A stretch of 64,000 bases of DNA from Meyerozyma guilliermondii. Lineage: Eukaryota. Positions within the stretch are counted from its first letter, which is position 1. Each line of letters opens with the position of its first letter. Below, piece by piece: positions 54,278-63,746 of this stretch. A program made the translations under genes and the position numbers. The notes under the pieces are model-generated. The model searched no databases, had not been told where the DNA came from, and saw only the letters and a list, made by a program, of their open reading frames with translations. The DNA is taken from assembly GCA_051546255.1 (NCBI GenBank), contig CP128817.1:1240001-1304000 (forward strand), read 5' to 3'.

Positions 54278-55222
54278 ATGACAACTTCTCTGCCTTCTTG
54301 GATTCCGTGTAAATCCAACAGCAGCTTTTTTGCTCCGAATTTTGGTCCGTACTTGTATGAGCAACTCACAAAGCCTTCGGTGCTATTTGAGTCAACTCAT
54401 GAAAACTTGCAATATTCAGACGAGGGTTTGAGTCTCAGCATCAATACTCGAGGCGACTCACCACATATCAAAACACAGCTCTTCATGTTTCATGGAAAAG
54501 TAGGGGTGGATATCAGAAGAGCTCCAGGACGAGGTATCGTCTCGGCATTCTACCTCATCAGCGACGATTTGGACGAAATTGATTTTGAGCTTTTAGGCGG
54601 AGACACGGATCAAGTTCAAACAAACTTTTTTATCAAAGGAAATGTCTCCAACTATGAAAGGGGAATGGATCACAAAATCAACCCCGAACCTCTGTTTCAT
54701 CGTTACGAGATAGAATGGACTCCTCACCATATACGCTGGTATGTCGATCGATTCCTACTCCGAGAGGTTCCACATACAAATCCACACGGATTCCCAACGT
54801 CTCCCGTGAACATAAACTTTAGTCTTTGGGCCGGAGGAGACTCCGAACTCAATCACTGGACCATCCAATGGGCTGGCGGATACACAAACTATGACGAGGT
54901 ACCTTTCACAATGACTGTACGTAACCTTGTGGTTCAGGACTACTCCAGCAAAACTTCTTACTGTATCAATGGCTCCTGGAATACATCATCAGCTGATGCA
55001 TCGGAAGTTGCAGCCGTGGTTCCGCAACTTTGTTCGTCGACATTGGATCTGGGTACTGCAGACAAGACAGGACTTCTGAGATCAACCCCACCAGCCACTT
55101 TCGATACAATTTCAAAACCTGTCCCAAAAACCTCTCCATGTTCCACTTCCGTTATTCCTACTTCCATCACGCGCTACAAAAGCCCAGCAACAAAGCCAAG
55201 ACCATTTTTCTTTTGGTATTGA
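54278..55222 (+). CDS. CRH-family GH16 chitin transglycosylase; ORF lacks an in-frame signal peptide and an obvious GPI signal
   Basis: GIVSAFYLISDDLDEIDFE catalytic motif, QTNFF.KG, WAGG twice, VQDYS, then an S/T/P-rich tail. Possibly the CRH12 orthologue. Confidence 0.82.
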   Translation: MTTSLPSWIPCKSNSSFFAPNFGPYLYEQLTKPSVLFESTHENLQYSDEGLSLSINTRGDSPHIKTQLFMFHGKVGVDIRRAPGRGIVSAFYLISDDLDEIDFELLGGDTDQVQTNFFIKGNVSNYERGMDHKINPEPLFHRYEIEWTPHHIRWYVDRFLLREVPHTNPHGFPTSPVNINFSLWAGGDSELNHWTIQWAGGYTNYDEVPFTMTVRNLVVQDYSSKTSYCINGSWNTSSADASEVAAVVPQLCSSTLDLGTADKTGLLRSTPPATFDTISKPVPKTSPCSTSVIPTSITRYKSPATKPRPFFFWY

Positions 55223-55316
55223 ATCATCGGCTGACGCGCCGCATCGGTTGCGGCTTCTCCTCTGCTTTTCCCACGACCACTATTTTATCCCACTCGGATA
55301 ATCTTGGAGCTGTAAT

Positions 55317-58271
55317 ATGCCATCTGTCAACGGCATCAGTTCAATTTCATTTGTCACCACAGACCCAGCAGAGCTTGAGGCAGCATGCAAGTTCTATACC
55401 TCGCTTGGATTGCGTCTTACTAGATCCTATCCCAAAAATACTTCTGGTTTCTCGTCCTGTCCCGAATACCATCTCGGAGTTTCCAGCGATTCTATCCAAG
55501 AAATTTGGTTTGAATCATTTCCTCTTCAAGATACCGACAAAAATGGCTGCTTGATACCTTGGCAAGAACTTCCAATTTATACTGGCGACAAAAGTGCCAA
55601 ATTGTCCCAGCTGTTCGTGATCAAGATCAGACTCTCGGGGTCACTGCAAATCACCGCGTGCTCCTCCAAGACCAATTCACAGACATTGGGGTTCTTTTCC
55701 ACGGATCTCGCCAAAATTAAGGCCACCATTGACGTTAAGCAACTCGATGATGATTTATACTCGGCGATTGATCCACTTGGAAACACTCTTGTTTTCAGCA
55801 ATGCAGAAAATCCATTTTCAAGCCAGCACTATTCGTCCCCCGAGGAATTTCTTCGTCAGAAACAGGAGAAAATTCTATCCTCTATGAAGCAAAGCACATC
55901 TTCGCTCGCAGATGCGCCCGTGGAAGAACTTGTAAAGAAGAAGAAAATTGCAATCATGACTTCGGGTGGTGATGCTCCTGGAATGAACCCAGCTGTCCGT
56001 GCGGTGGTACGTGCCGGTATTTACCATGGATGTGATGTTTTTGCTGTGTACGAAGGATACGAAGGATTGGTGAAGGGCGGAGATTTATTGAAGCAAATGG
56101 AGTGGAACGATGTGAGAAATTATCTTTCTCTTGGTGGTACCAACATTGGAACCGCCAGAAGTGCTCGTTTCCGTGAAAGAGAAGGTCGGTTGCTCGCTGC
56201 CTACAATATGATTCGCAATGGTATTGATGCGTTGGTGGTTTGTGGAGGTGATGGTTCTCTTACTGGTGCAGACTTGTTCCGGTCCGAATGGCCGCTGTTG
56301 ACCCAAGAGCTTATAGACACCGGCAAATTGACCAAGAAAGAAGTGGAGCCTTATAAACATCTCACAATTGTGGGATTAGTGGGTTCCATTGACAATGACA
56401 TGTCGCAAACCGATGCTACTATTGGTGCATATTCCTCATTGGAACGTATATCTGAAATGGTGGATTATATCGATGCCACAGCGCTGTCACACTCTCGAGC
56501 CTTCGTGGTAGAGGTTATGGGACGACACTGTGGATGGCTAGGATTGATGTCTGGACTTGCAACTGGTGCAGACTTTATCTTCATTCCTGAAAGACCACCA
56601 AAAGCAGGACAATGGAAACAAGAATTGACAGAAACTTGTCACCGTCATAGACAAAAGGGAAAGCGGAAGACAATAGTTATAGTAGCTGAAGGAGCTATAG
56701 ACGATCAGTTGAACCCCATTAGTTCGGATGATGTCAAACAAGTGTTGGTTGATCTCGGATTGGACACTAGAACCACGATATTGGGCCATGTTCAAAGAGG
56801 AGGTACTGCTGTGGCTTACGATAGAATGCTTGCAACATTACAAGGAGTGGAAGCCATTAAAGCTGTATTGGAAGCATCGCCAGAAATTCCTTCTCCAATG
56901 ATTGGAATTGTCGAAAATAAAATCGTTCGTCTGCCTTTGATGGACGCAGTAAAAGCAACAAAATCCGTTGCTGAAGCCATCGAGAACAAGGACTTTGATC
57001 GTGCGATGGAATTGCGTGATAGCCACTTTGCTGATGCCTACGAAAATTATTTGAGCACAACTCTTCATGACGACGGCTCGCATCTCCTTCCGGAGAAAGA
57101 AAGACTCAACATTGGTATTATTCATGTTGGAGCTCCTTCTGCGGGATTCAATTCTGCAACGAGAGCAGCGGCATTGTACTGTTTGTCTAAGGGACATCAG
57201 CTCTATGCCATTCAAAACGGGTTTTCTGGTTTCATAAAGGAAGGTCTTGCGAAGCGTCTAAGCTGGTTAGATGTTGAAGGATGGCATAATGAAGGAGGAT
57301 CGGAAATTGGAACAAATAGGTCTTTACCCAGTGAAGATTTTGGAACTGTGGCATACTTCTTTCAAAAATATCGTCTCAACGGTTTGATTATTATCGGAGG
57401 TTTTGAAGGTTTCACTGCATTGCATCAATTGGACGCTAAGAAGAAAGACTACCCTGTGTTCAACATTCCCATGGTGGTTGTTCCCGCTACTGTATCCAAC
57501 AACGTTCCAGGAACCGAGTATTCGCTTGGAAGTGATACATGTTTGAACCAGTTGGTGAAATACTGTGATGCCGTCAAGCAATCAGCATCGTCGTCGCGCA
57601 GAAGAGTTTTCGTGGTTGAGGTTCAAGGTGGACATTCTGGATTCGTTGCTTCATACTGTGGCTTGGTAACTGGCTCTATAGCCACCTACACTCCCGAATC
57701 ACAGATAAACTTGCGTACGCTTCAAGAAGATATTCAACTTTTATTCCAGGTGTTTGAAGATGATCGTGGTGAGGACCACAATGGTAAAATGATCATTCGT
57801 AATGAGCAAGCATCCTCGGTCTACACTACCGAATTAATTGCTGATATGATCAAGGAAGCTGCCAAGGGCCGTTTTGAAACCAGAACTGCCATCCCTGGTC
57901 ATGTTCAACAAGGCTTCGGACCATCATCGGTTGATAGAGTGAATGCGGTGAGATTACTGGTTAAGTCTGTTCAATTCATCGAGCAGTGGAATACTCAATT
58001 GCGTCAAGTTGATGAAGATATGGAGCTTGCAAACATGTACAAGCAAACTGAGGAGCTTTTGAGAGATCTGAAATCGTGCAAGTTTTCTGCTAGTGCCGTA
58101 GTTATTGGCATTCTTGGAGCTGGCATCGAATTTACTTGCATTAGAGATTTGTTTGAAAATGAAGCGGACGTTGAATTACGAAAGGGTCGTTCGGTTCATT
58201 GGGGAGAAATGGCTAAAGCGGGAGACATGTTGAGTGGGCGGTCTCTACTTCGAAACAAAAGCAAACGCTAA
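55317..58271 (+). CDS. PFK1: 6-phosphofructokinase alpha subunit
   Basis: N-terminal glyoxalase-like extension; IAIMTSGGDAPGMN, GGDGSLTGA, GSIDND, VEVMGRHCG, PATVSNNVPGT. Confidence 0.93.
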   Translation: MPSVNGISSISFVTTDPAELEAACKFYTSLGLRLTRSYPKNTSGFSSCPEYHLGVSSDSIQEIWFESFPLQDTDKNGCLIPWQELPIYTGDKSAKLSQLFVIKIRLSGSLQITACSSKTNSQTLGFFSTDLAKIKATIDVKQLDDDLYSAIDPLGNTLVFSNAENPFSSQHYSSPEEFLRQKQEKILSSMKQSTSSLADAPVEELVKKKKIAIMTSGGDAPGMNPAVRAVVRAGIYHGCDVFAVYEGYEGLVKGGDLLKQMEWNDVRNYLSLGGTNIGTARSARFREREGRLLAAYNMIRNGIDALVVCGGDGSLTGADLFRSEWPLLTQELIDTGKLTKKEVEPYKHLTIVGLVGSIDNDMSQTDATIGAYSSLERISEMVDYIDATALSHSRAFVVEVMGRHCGWLGLMSGLATGADFIFIPERPPKAGQWKQELTETCHRHRQKGKRKTIVIVAEGAIDDQLNPISSDDVKQVLVDLGLDTRTTILGHVQRGGTAVAYDRMLATLQGVEAIKAVLEASPEIPSPMIGIVENKIVRLPLMDAVKATKSVAEAIENKDFDRAMELRDSHFADAYENYLSTTLHDDGSHLLPEKERLNIGIIHVGAPSAGFNSATRAAALYCLSKGHQLYAIQNGFSGFIKEGLAKRLSWLDVEGWHNEGGSEIGTNRSLPSEDFGTVAYFFQKYRLNGLIIIGGFEGFTALHQLDAKKKDYPVFNIPMVVVPATVSNNVPGTEYSLGSDTCLNQLVKYCDAVKQSASSSRRRVFVVEVQGGHSGFVASYCGLVTGSIATYTPESQINLRTLQEDIQLLFQVFEDDRGEDHNGKMIIRNEQASSVYTTELIADMIKEAAKGRFETRTAIPGHVQQGFGPSSVDRVNAVRLLVKSVQFIEQWNTQLRQVDEDMELANMYKQTEELLRDLKSCKFSASAVVIGILGAGIEFTCIRDLFENEADVELRKGRSVHWGEMAKAGDMLSGRSLLRNKSKR

Positions 58272-60987
58272 CTGAAGTTTTGTGCATTCCCGAACGGTGC
58301 TTGAATAGGATAAATTATACCGAATACGGAACTTGCGGGGTCACTGATGGCAAGTCGTTGCGACGATTTGAAATAGTGTTTCGTAAAATAATTCACATAT
58401 ATGATATAAGCATTTATTTTCGTTGGCACCGCTTCGTGTGGAATGCTTCTGGGCCAATCGGTGCGGCTCCTGTCAAATATGCACAAGAAGAGGCTTAGTA
58501 GGAGAGCTGACAAGAAGCTTCCATACCATGGAAATACTAACTTATGATTGGAATTTCGGGTAGGTCACTTTTAAAGCTTTTCAGTGTCACATTCTTAAAC
58601 TTTAGCTCCACACGAACGTTATCGCTTATAGTTGCCATTTCTTGCTCGTCAACTCAAAATCCAACTTTAGTGATTTACCGCTAAGCGACTGTCAAATTGC
58701 ATATACGACTGGTCAATTGAGTTAAGTAGTGTTGTTTATTTTCAACATTGTCTTCGTAGGGGATTGAGTTGAGAGATACCTGAACACAGATATGTGAGCG
58801 CGAAGTTCAAGACAACTTAAAAAGTTTATGAAATTAAGAATGTGACCCGCTTGAGAATGATAAGTAGTACTGGTTCAGTGCTGTGGAATAACCCCGAGCA
58901 ATCAACAGTGATTCCTTTTAAAGCTACACTTTTAAGCTTTCATATCATATAATATCAAAAGACTGGGATGGCGGAAAGTGCAAATATAAGCATTTAATGA
59001 GGTGTGGGAGGTCGATCTGGACTTTATTTTGGCTCATTGGCGCTGCAATACGCGTAAAGATTATTAAAAATAGATCGGAACTTCTACTTTAGCTCATAAT
59101 TTGCTCGAATTACCACTGTACTTGAAGCAACCAAATTCTAGCGCCGTTGCCGTGGCTTGGAAACTGCTTCTATTTGTTGCAATGGCTTCGTAAATGTAAG
59201 TATCATAACTTTTAGAACCTTTGCATGGTTCAGTGCACCCAACACGTTTCTAAACTCTAACCTGACTTCGTTAGAATCATGTAGCCGTGGCCATCGTATG
59301 ACTTTTCAGTTATCTGCTAGAATCAAGGCGTGTGATGCGCGGCGCAGAATTGCGATTGTCCAGTCGCGAACGAAAATCAGCAAGGAAGCAACATTTACCG
59401 AGAATAGTATCGAAGAATTGTCGCGAGGTTAATGCACTGGTTATGTAGAAAAACCAACGGCGCGATTAACGGTGACGACTAAAAAGAATGATGTGACTGT
59501 AGAATAGAGTAGATGACTGCAGAAATAAATTGCTTTGACTTTTCAGGTTTTTCTTTATCGTATTTAACTTGTCTTCTTCCATTACTAATATCACCTTCGG
59601 CTCATAATCTCGAGTTTTTTTACCAAAAATTAGCGAGCATTGGCAGGTCAGTACCAAGACGTCATAAATGTAGCAACCATAGCAACTAAGCGAATTACAA
59701 TGGATCCGATTTATTGCAGTACAATGAAAAGTCTACGAAATTGCTAACCAGATCTATTACCATAAAACGTTGGCGAAATTGTCCAGAAGCGAACGAAAAT
59801 CAACCGCGCGAGCGAAATAGGAGAATAAAAATTGCTGCGGCGATAAGGTAAAACCCCGCAATAAGTTTTCAACTCACCAAAAGGCTCAAAGCATGATAGA
59901 ATCCTTCAATGACAAATCGAACATTCTTTTGCGGGTTTTAAGATCATTCCTACCATGGCGTCTCCAGATTTGTTAGCAAAGAGATCTCCTCATGCGCAGT
60001 TTGTCCCGCATATTGCATGATGCACCTTGACGCAATGCACAATAATAACGCCCAATGTGCAGCATTAGTGACGTCAAATCTAGTCACATCGTGGCCGAAA
60101 AAAAACTCAATTTTTGTTGCGATGCCCAATCACGTTAGAGCCGCTAAGGAAATTCACCAGAGCGCATTCCGTCTATTATAAGGACCATGCGCGGTGGGTA
60201 ATTTCAGGGGCTTGCAAGTTTACGACATATGTACGGGACCGTGCAGCATCGGGCGGCCCGAGAGTATTTTTATCCCCGAGTAAGGATTTAGGTGTAGCCT
60301 TGAAATTTGAATGCGGAGTTTCTCGATATTCTCAGTTCCGATAACAGCTAATATCATGCGTAAATTGGTGCATCGAAACTGCAAGAAAAAAAAAAAATTA
60401 TAATTGAAATTCAAGATGTATCAGCGTCAAACTCAAAACTTTAGAAACCCCACCTAAACTGGTTATGAAAACACGAGCAACATGAACATTTTTGTCATTG
60501 GGTAAAACTCCGCCTCGTGAATAAGGTTTGAATAAAGTTCGAACTTTTTCTAGATGTAGGTTAAGGTATTGTAGATTATACTTCGCCCACCCCGGTATGA
60601 ACCATCTCTTATTTATTTGCTTGTTTTTTAATTCTCCCCGCCAAGGATAATTGAGGCGAACTCGGCCAACTTTCAATTCCCCGACATCGCACCGTTTAAG
60701 TCAATTGTGCATGCAGCTTGAGCCGCATGCAGGTCTCGCATGAAGTATTGCATACTGCATAAAGTGCCGCGAACGATTTTTTTTTCTCCTGCAAACGATA
60801 AACGTCATAGTGGCAGGTTTTCATATCAAACAAAGTTCGTCATTAGAGCATCACAGAGCCGCTAACGGTCTATTGTACATCTCACGATATCTTCTCGGCA
60901 TATAGACACTTGCCTGTGCCACTACATTCCTTATAGCCCATCCGGGCCAACTGCGCCATTTCCATTAGTTTGCCAGCAATATCCGTC
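58272..60987 (+). promoter_or_regulatory. Long (2.7 kb) non-coding upstream region of SFL2
   Basis: No credible ORF; by far the longest spacer in the window; clustered TGCAT/ATGCA motifs and poly-A/T tracts. Confidence 0.6.
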
Positions 60988-62799
60988 ATGAGCAAACGAG
61001 CCGACCCTCCGGTGAAAAAAAATGCATTTGTGCACAAATTATACTCGATGTTGAATGATAAGAGTCTTTCGCAGTTGATATGGTGGACGGGAGGCGAAGA
61101 TAGCAATACTTTTGCCTTATTTCCGGGGAAAGAATTTGCTTCGGTATTAACTCGTTATTTTAAACATGGCAATGTGGCGTCATTCGTTCGACAACTTCAT
61201 ATGTATGGATTCCACAAAGTGTCTGATCCTCACGCCCATAAACAAGATGATGATGATTCACAACCACCAATCTGGGAATTTAAACATTCTAGCGGCAAAT
61301 TTCGCAAAAATGATGAAAGCTCTTTGCTTTACATCAAACGTAGGTCTTCGTCTAACAGTTCGCGAAGCAACTTTTCGGACCATGAATCCAACTATTTGAT
61401 ACCCACATCCACCCCGTCTCCTACTTATGACGGCTACCATCAATTTCCCCACCCTCCTCCATCTTCCCATCCACACCAATATATTCAACAACCACAACTG
61501 CAATTAACTCAACATCCTCAGCAACATCCTCAACCCCAGCCTGTTGGATACCCATACTATGTACTTCCCACTGTGGGATCAATGCAGCAGCCTCCTGTCC
61601 ATGTTTATGGTCAGCGTGAAGGTACTCCTCAACCAGAAGATGGTGAAGAAAGAACACAATATGTCCAGCCATACGCTCCAAATCTTCAATTCAGGCGGAT
61701 TTGGGACCCCAAAGATGATGAGCCTCGTCGCAGAAAATCATCTCTCTTATATGACCCATTGGCTACCTCTGGAGCTTCAGGGACTCACGCTAAGCATCAT
61801 CTAGTGGACGTACAGCACCAGCAACATCAAACGATGAATGAATATCAAATTCAACGCCCAGTTACTCCTTCAGGCACTTTTGTGCCTGTTATGGGAACTC
61901 AATCAAGGTCACTTCCAAGTTCACTTTCTGGTCCTATGCCTCCCCACCTGAGGTCACATCCAAACTCACAATCCACTCCCGGTCGCATCAAACTTCCACC
62001 TCCATCCTCGCTCGCTTCATTCTCTTCTTCTAGGAACAGCTCGCCCGGTCCAGGCGATTTGGTGTCGCGCAGTGTTCCTTCCAGCTTAAGCAATGAATCC
62101 TCTAACAAACTGCTGCCGATAACACTCCTTGACCGACTTCGTCCGTCGCTCGTCGAGCTCCACTCCAACCCGTTGGCCTCCCTGCAGAAAAACTCGATCG
62201 ATTCGCAGTCTTCATACAATTCAATCTTTTCAGCGTCGTCTTCCATATCGTCGGATTCCTCGTTTCCAAGAAACTCATCGTTTGGATCCATTTCTTACGT
62301 CGGTGGAGAATCTACGAAAGCAAGCATTCTGATCGGGCCTCATGAAATTCCTGAAGACCACCCACGATCAACTGCAAAACAGGTAGAAGTATCACCAGAT
62401 GCCATAGATGAAATTCCTGACCATCCACCAACCACCACTCGCCCCAATCTTGTACGAAGCCTTACTCCACCGGCAACTTTCCCTAACAAAGTATACAAGC
62501 GGCCCGCCATACAATCACCACATCCACGAACATCATCTTTGCAAGCTACACATTCTCACGGGTACCAGAAGGTACGATCTCACACACTGTCACCGCTTTC
62601 TCGCTACTCCTATGGACATATCGATGTCAAAGACCAGCGCTCGCGGGTGTCGATCACATCGCTTTTGGTTGACAAACCACCCCCAAGTTCTCGATTATCG
62701 GATATCAATTCCATAATCAACGAAAGTGAAGAGAATAGCAGCACCGGCAGTGTCAGCAGTGAGGAACAGAACTATAGGAGACAACGGGTAGACCAGTAG
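60988..62799 (+). CDS. SFL2: HSF-type DNA-binding transcription factor (Sfl2/Sfl1 family), morphogenesis regulator
   Basis: DPPVKKNAFVHKLYSML...LIWW...YFKHGNVASFVRQLHMYGFHKV...WEFKHSSGKF; Q/P/S-rich remainder. Confidence 0.82.
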   Translation: MSKRADPPVKKNAFVHKLYSMLNDKSLSQLIWWTGGEDSNTFALFPGKEFASVLTRYFKHGNVASFVRQLHMYGFHKVSDPHAHKQDDDDSQPPIWEFKHSSGKFRKNDESSLLYIKRRSSSNSSRSNFSDHESNYLIPTSTPSPTYDGYHQFPHPPPSSHPHQYIQQPQLQLTQHPQQHPQPQPVGYPYYVLPTVGSMQQPPVHVYGQREGTPQPEDGEERTQYVQPYAPNLQFRRIWDPKDDEPRRRKSSLLYDPLATSGASGTHAKHHLVDVQHQQHQTMNEYQIQRPVTPSGTFVPVMGTQSRSLPSSLSGPMPPHLRSHPNSQSTPGRIKLPPPSSLASFSSSRNSSPGPGDLVSRSVPSSLSNESSNKLLPITLLDRLRPSLVELHSNPLASLQKNSIDSQSSYNSIFSASSSISSDSSFPRNSSFGSISYVGGESTKASILIGPHEIPEDHPRSTAKQVEVSPDAIDEIPDHPPTTTRPNLVRSLTPPATFPNKVYKRPAIQSPHPRTSSLQATHSHGYQKVRSHTLSPLSRYSYGHIDVKDQRSRVSITSLLVDKPPPSSRLSDINSIINESEENSSTGSVSSEEQNYRRQRVDQ

Positions 62800-62918
62800 T
62801 TACGTTTACGATATAGAATGTATTATACAATGTCTGATGAATAAATGTTGGTTTGGAAGAGAAGAAGAGATGCAAGATATATCTCAATTTTGTTTAGGTA
62901 TAAAGTTTACTAGTTAGA

Positions 62919-63056
62919 TTCTCATTATGTTTTTTCTCTCATTTCATTAATGTACTTCTCATTTGATGTTAAAATTCGCTAAAGGTTATTTTATAAGTTT
63001 CATTATGTTAAATTCACATGGTATATTATGAAGTTACTTTCATTAATAATTAAAAT
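62919..63056. repeat. Degenerate AT-rich repeat (TTCATT(A)ATGTT-like units at ~20/40 bp spacing)
   Basis: Related units at ~62919, 62943, 62958, 62999 and 63039; 62958-62998 and 62999-63037 align over ~40 bp. Confidence 0.45.
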
Positions 63057-63107
63057 GATTGAATGTTTCTGGTACTGTCTGACACTATCATCCTTACTTA
63101 GCACTTT

Positions 63108-63563
63108 TCAGAACGGACGCTTGCTTTTGTTAGATTTCTTCACCAGTCGTGAACTCCTGATCTTTCTATCTTCGTCGCTCTCACTGTCGCTATCTTCCCT
63201 CTTGACTGGTTTAGCTGGTTTCGTACTTAGTCGTTTGTGAATCTTATCTCTTTTTTCACTTCTCATCTTGTTGGTGAGTGCTGCCATAGCCTTGGTTTGT
63301 TGGTGAGGTTTTGATGGGCGCCACTTGTCTGGCTTTGTGGTGTCGCTCTCTATAAAGTCCCGGATGTTTCCTGGTGAATCTTCTAAGCTGGAGAGACCAG
63401 CACCAGGAGGTACTATAGGAAGATCCAAATAGCTTGAATTCAGCTCGGTGTTTTTTGTCAGAGGAGCAAGCCACGAGGCTGCTTTTTTCTCTGAATTGGA
63501 AAAAGCAAGCTGGATCTGGGCCTGGATAGCTTGCTTTTGCTTGATCTCGTTCCGTCGAGACAT
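63108..63563 (-). CDS. NOP19: Nucleolar 40S biogenesis protein Nop19-like
   Basis: MSRRNEIKQKQAIQAQIQLAFS...ASWL resembles the Nop19 N-terminus as I recall it; basic C-terminus with an acidic patch. Confidence 0.68.
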   Translation of the reverse strand: MSRRNEIKQKQAIQAQIQLAFSNSEKKAASWLAPLTKNTELNSSYLDLPIVPPGAGLSSLEDSPGNIRDFIESDTTKPDKWRPSKPHQQTKAMAALTNKMRSEKRDKIHKRLSTKPAKPVKREDSDSESDEDRKIRSSRLVKKSNKSKRPF

Positions 63564-63595
63564 GTAAAGAAAAAAAGTAATGAATCAAAAAAGTA

Positions 63596-63666
63596 TGCGC
63601 AAACCCGGAATCGAACCGGGGGCCCATCGATGGCAACGATGGATTTTACCACTAAACCATTTGCGC
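63596..63666 (-). tRNA. tRNA-Gly(GCC)
   Basis: GCGCAAATGGTTTAGTGGTAAAATCCATCGTTGCCATCGATGGGCCCCCGGTTCGATTCCGGGTTTGCGCA; cloverleaf, GCC anticodon, followed by a T6 terminator. Confidence 0.97.
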
Positions 63667-63674
63667 AGGAAATG

Positions 63675-63746
63675 CTCCGAGACGGGGAATTGAACCCCGG
63701 TCTACCACGCGACAAGCGGTAATTCTAGCCACTAAACTATCTCGGA
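63675..63746 (-). tRNA. tRNA-Asp(GTC)
   Basis: TCCGAGATAGTTTAGTGGCTAGAATTACCGCTTGTCGCGTGGTAGACCGGGGTTCAATTCCCCGTCTCGGAG; cloverleaf, GTC anticodon. Confidence 0.96.

Noticed and set aside
55030..55554. 174-aa ORF bridging the CRH-like gene and PFK1
   Set aside because: TTG start, overlaps two real genes in another frame, no recognisable domain; only its short hydrophobic patch is noted in the CRH finding.
58535..58546. TACTAAC branchpoint-like heptamer in the PFK1-SFL2 spacer
   Set aside because: Followed by TTATG rather than NN-YAG, and I found no matching donor or exon.
58272..60987. Telomerase RNA, centromere or LTR in the long spacer
   Set aside because: No telomere-template match, terminal repeats, TG...CA LTR boundaries or inverted repeats that I could support.
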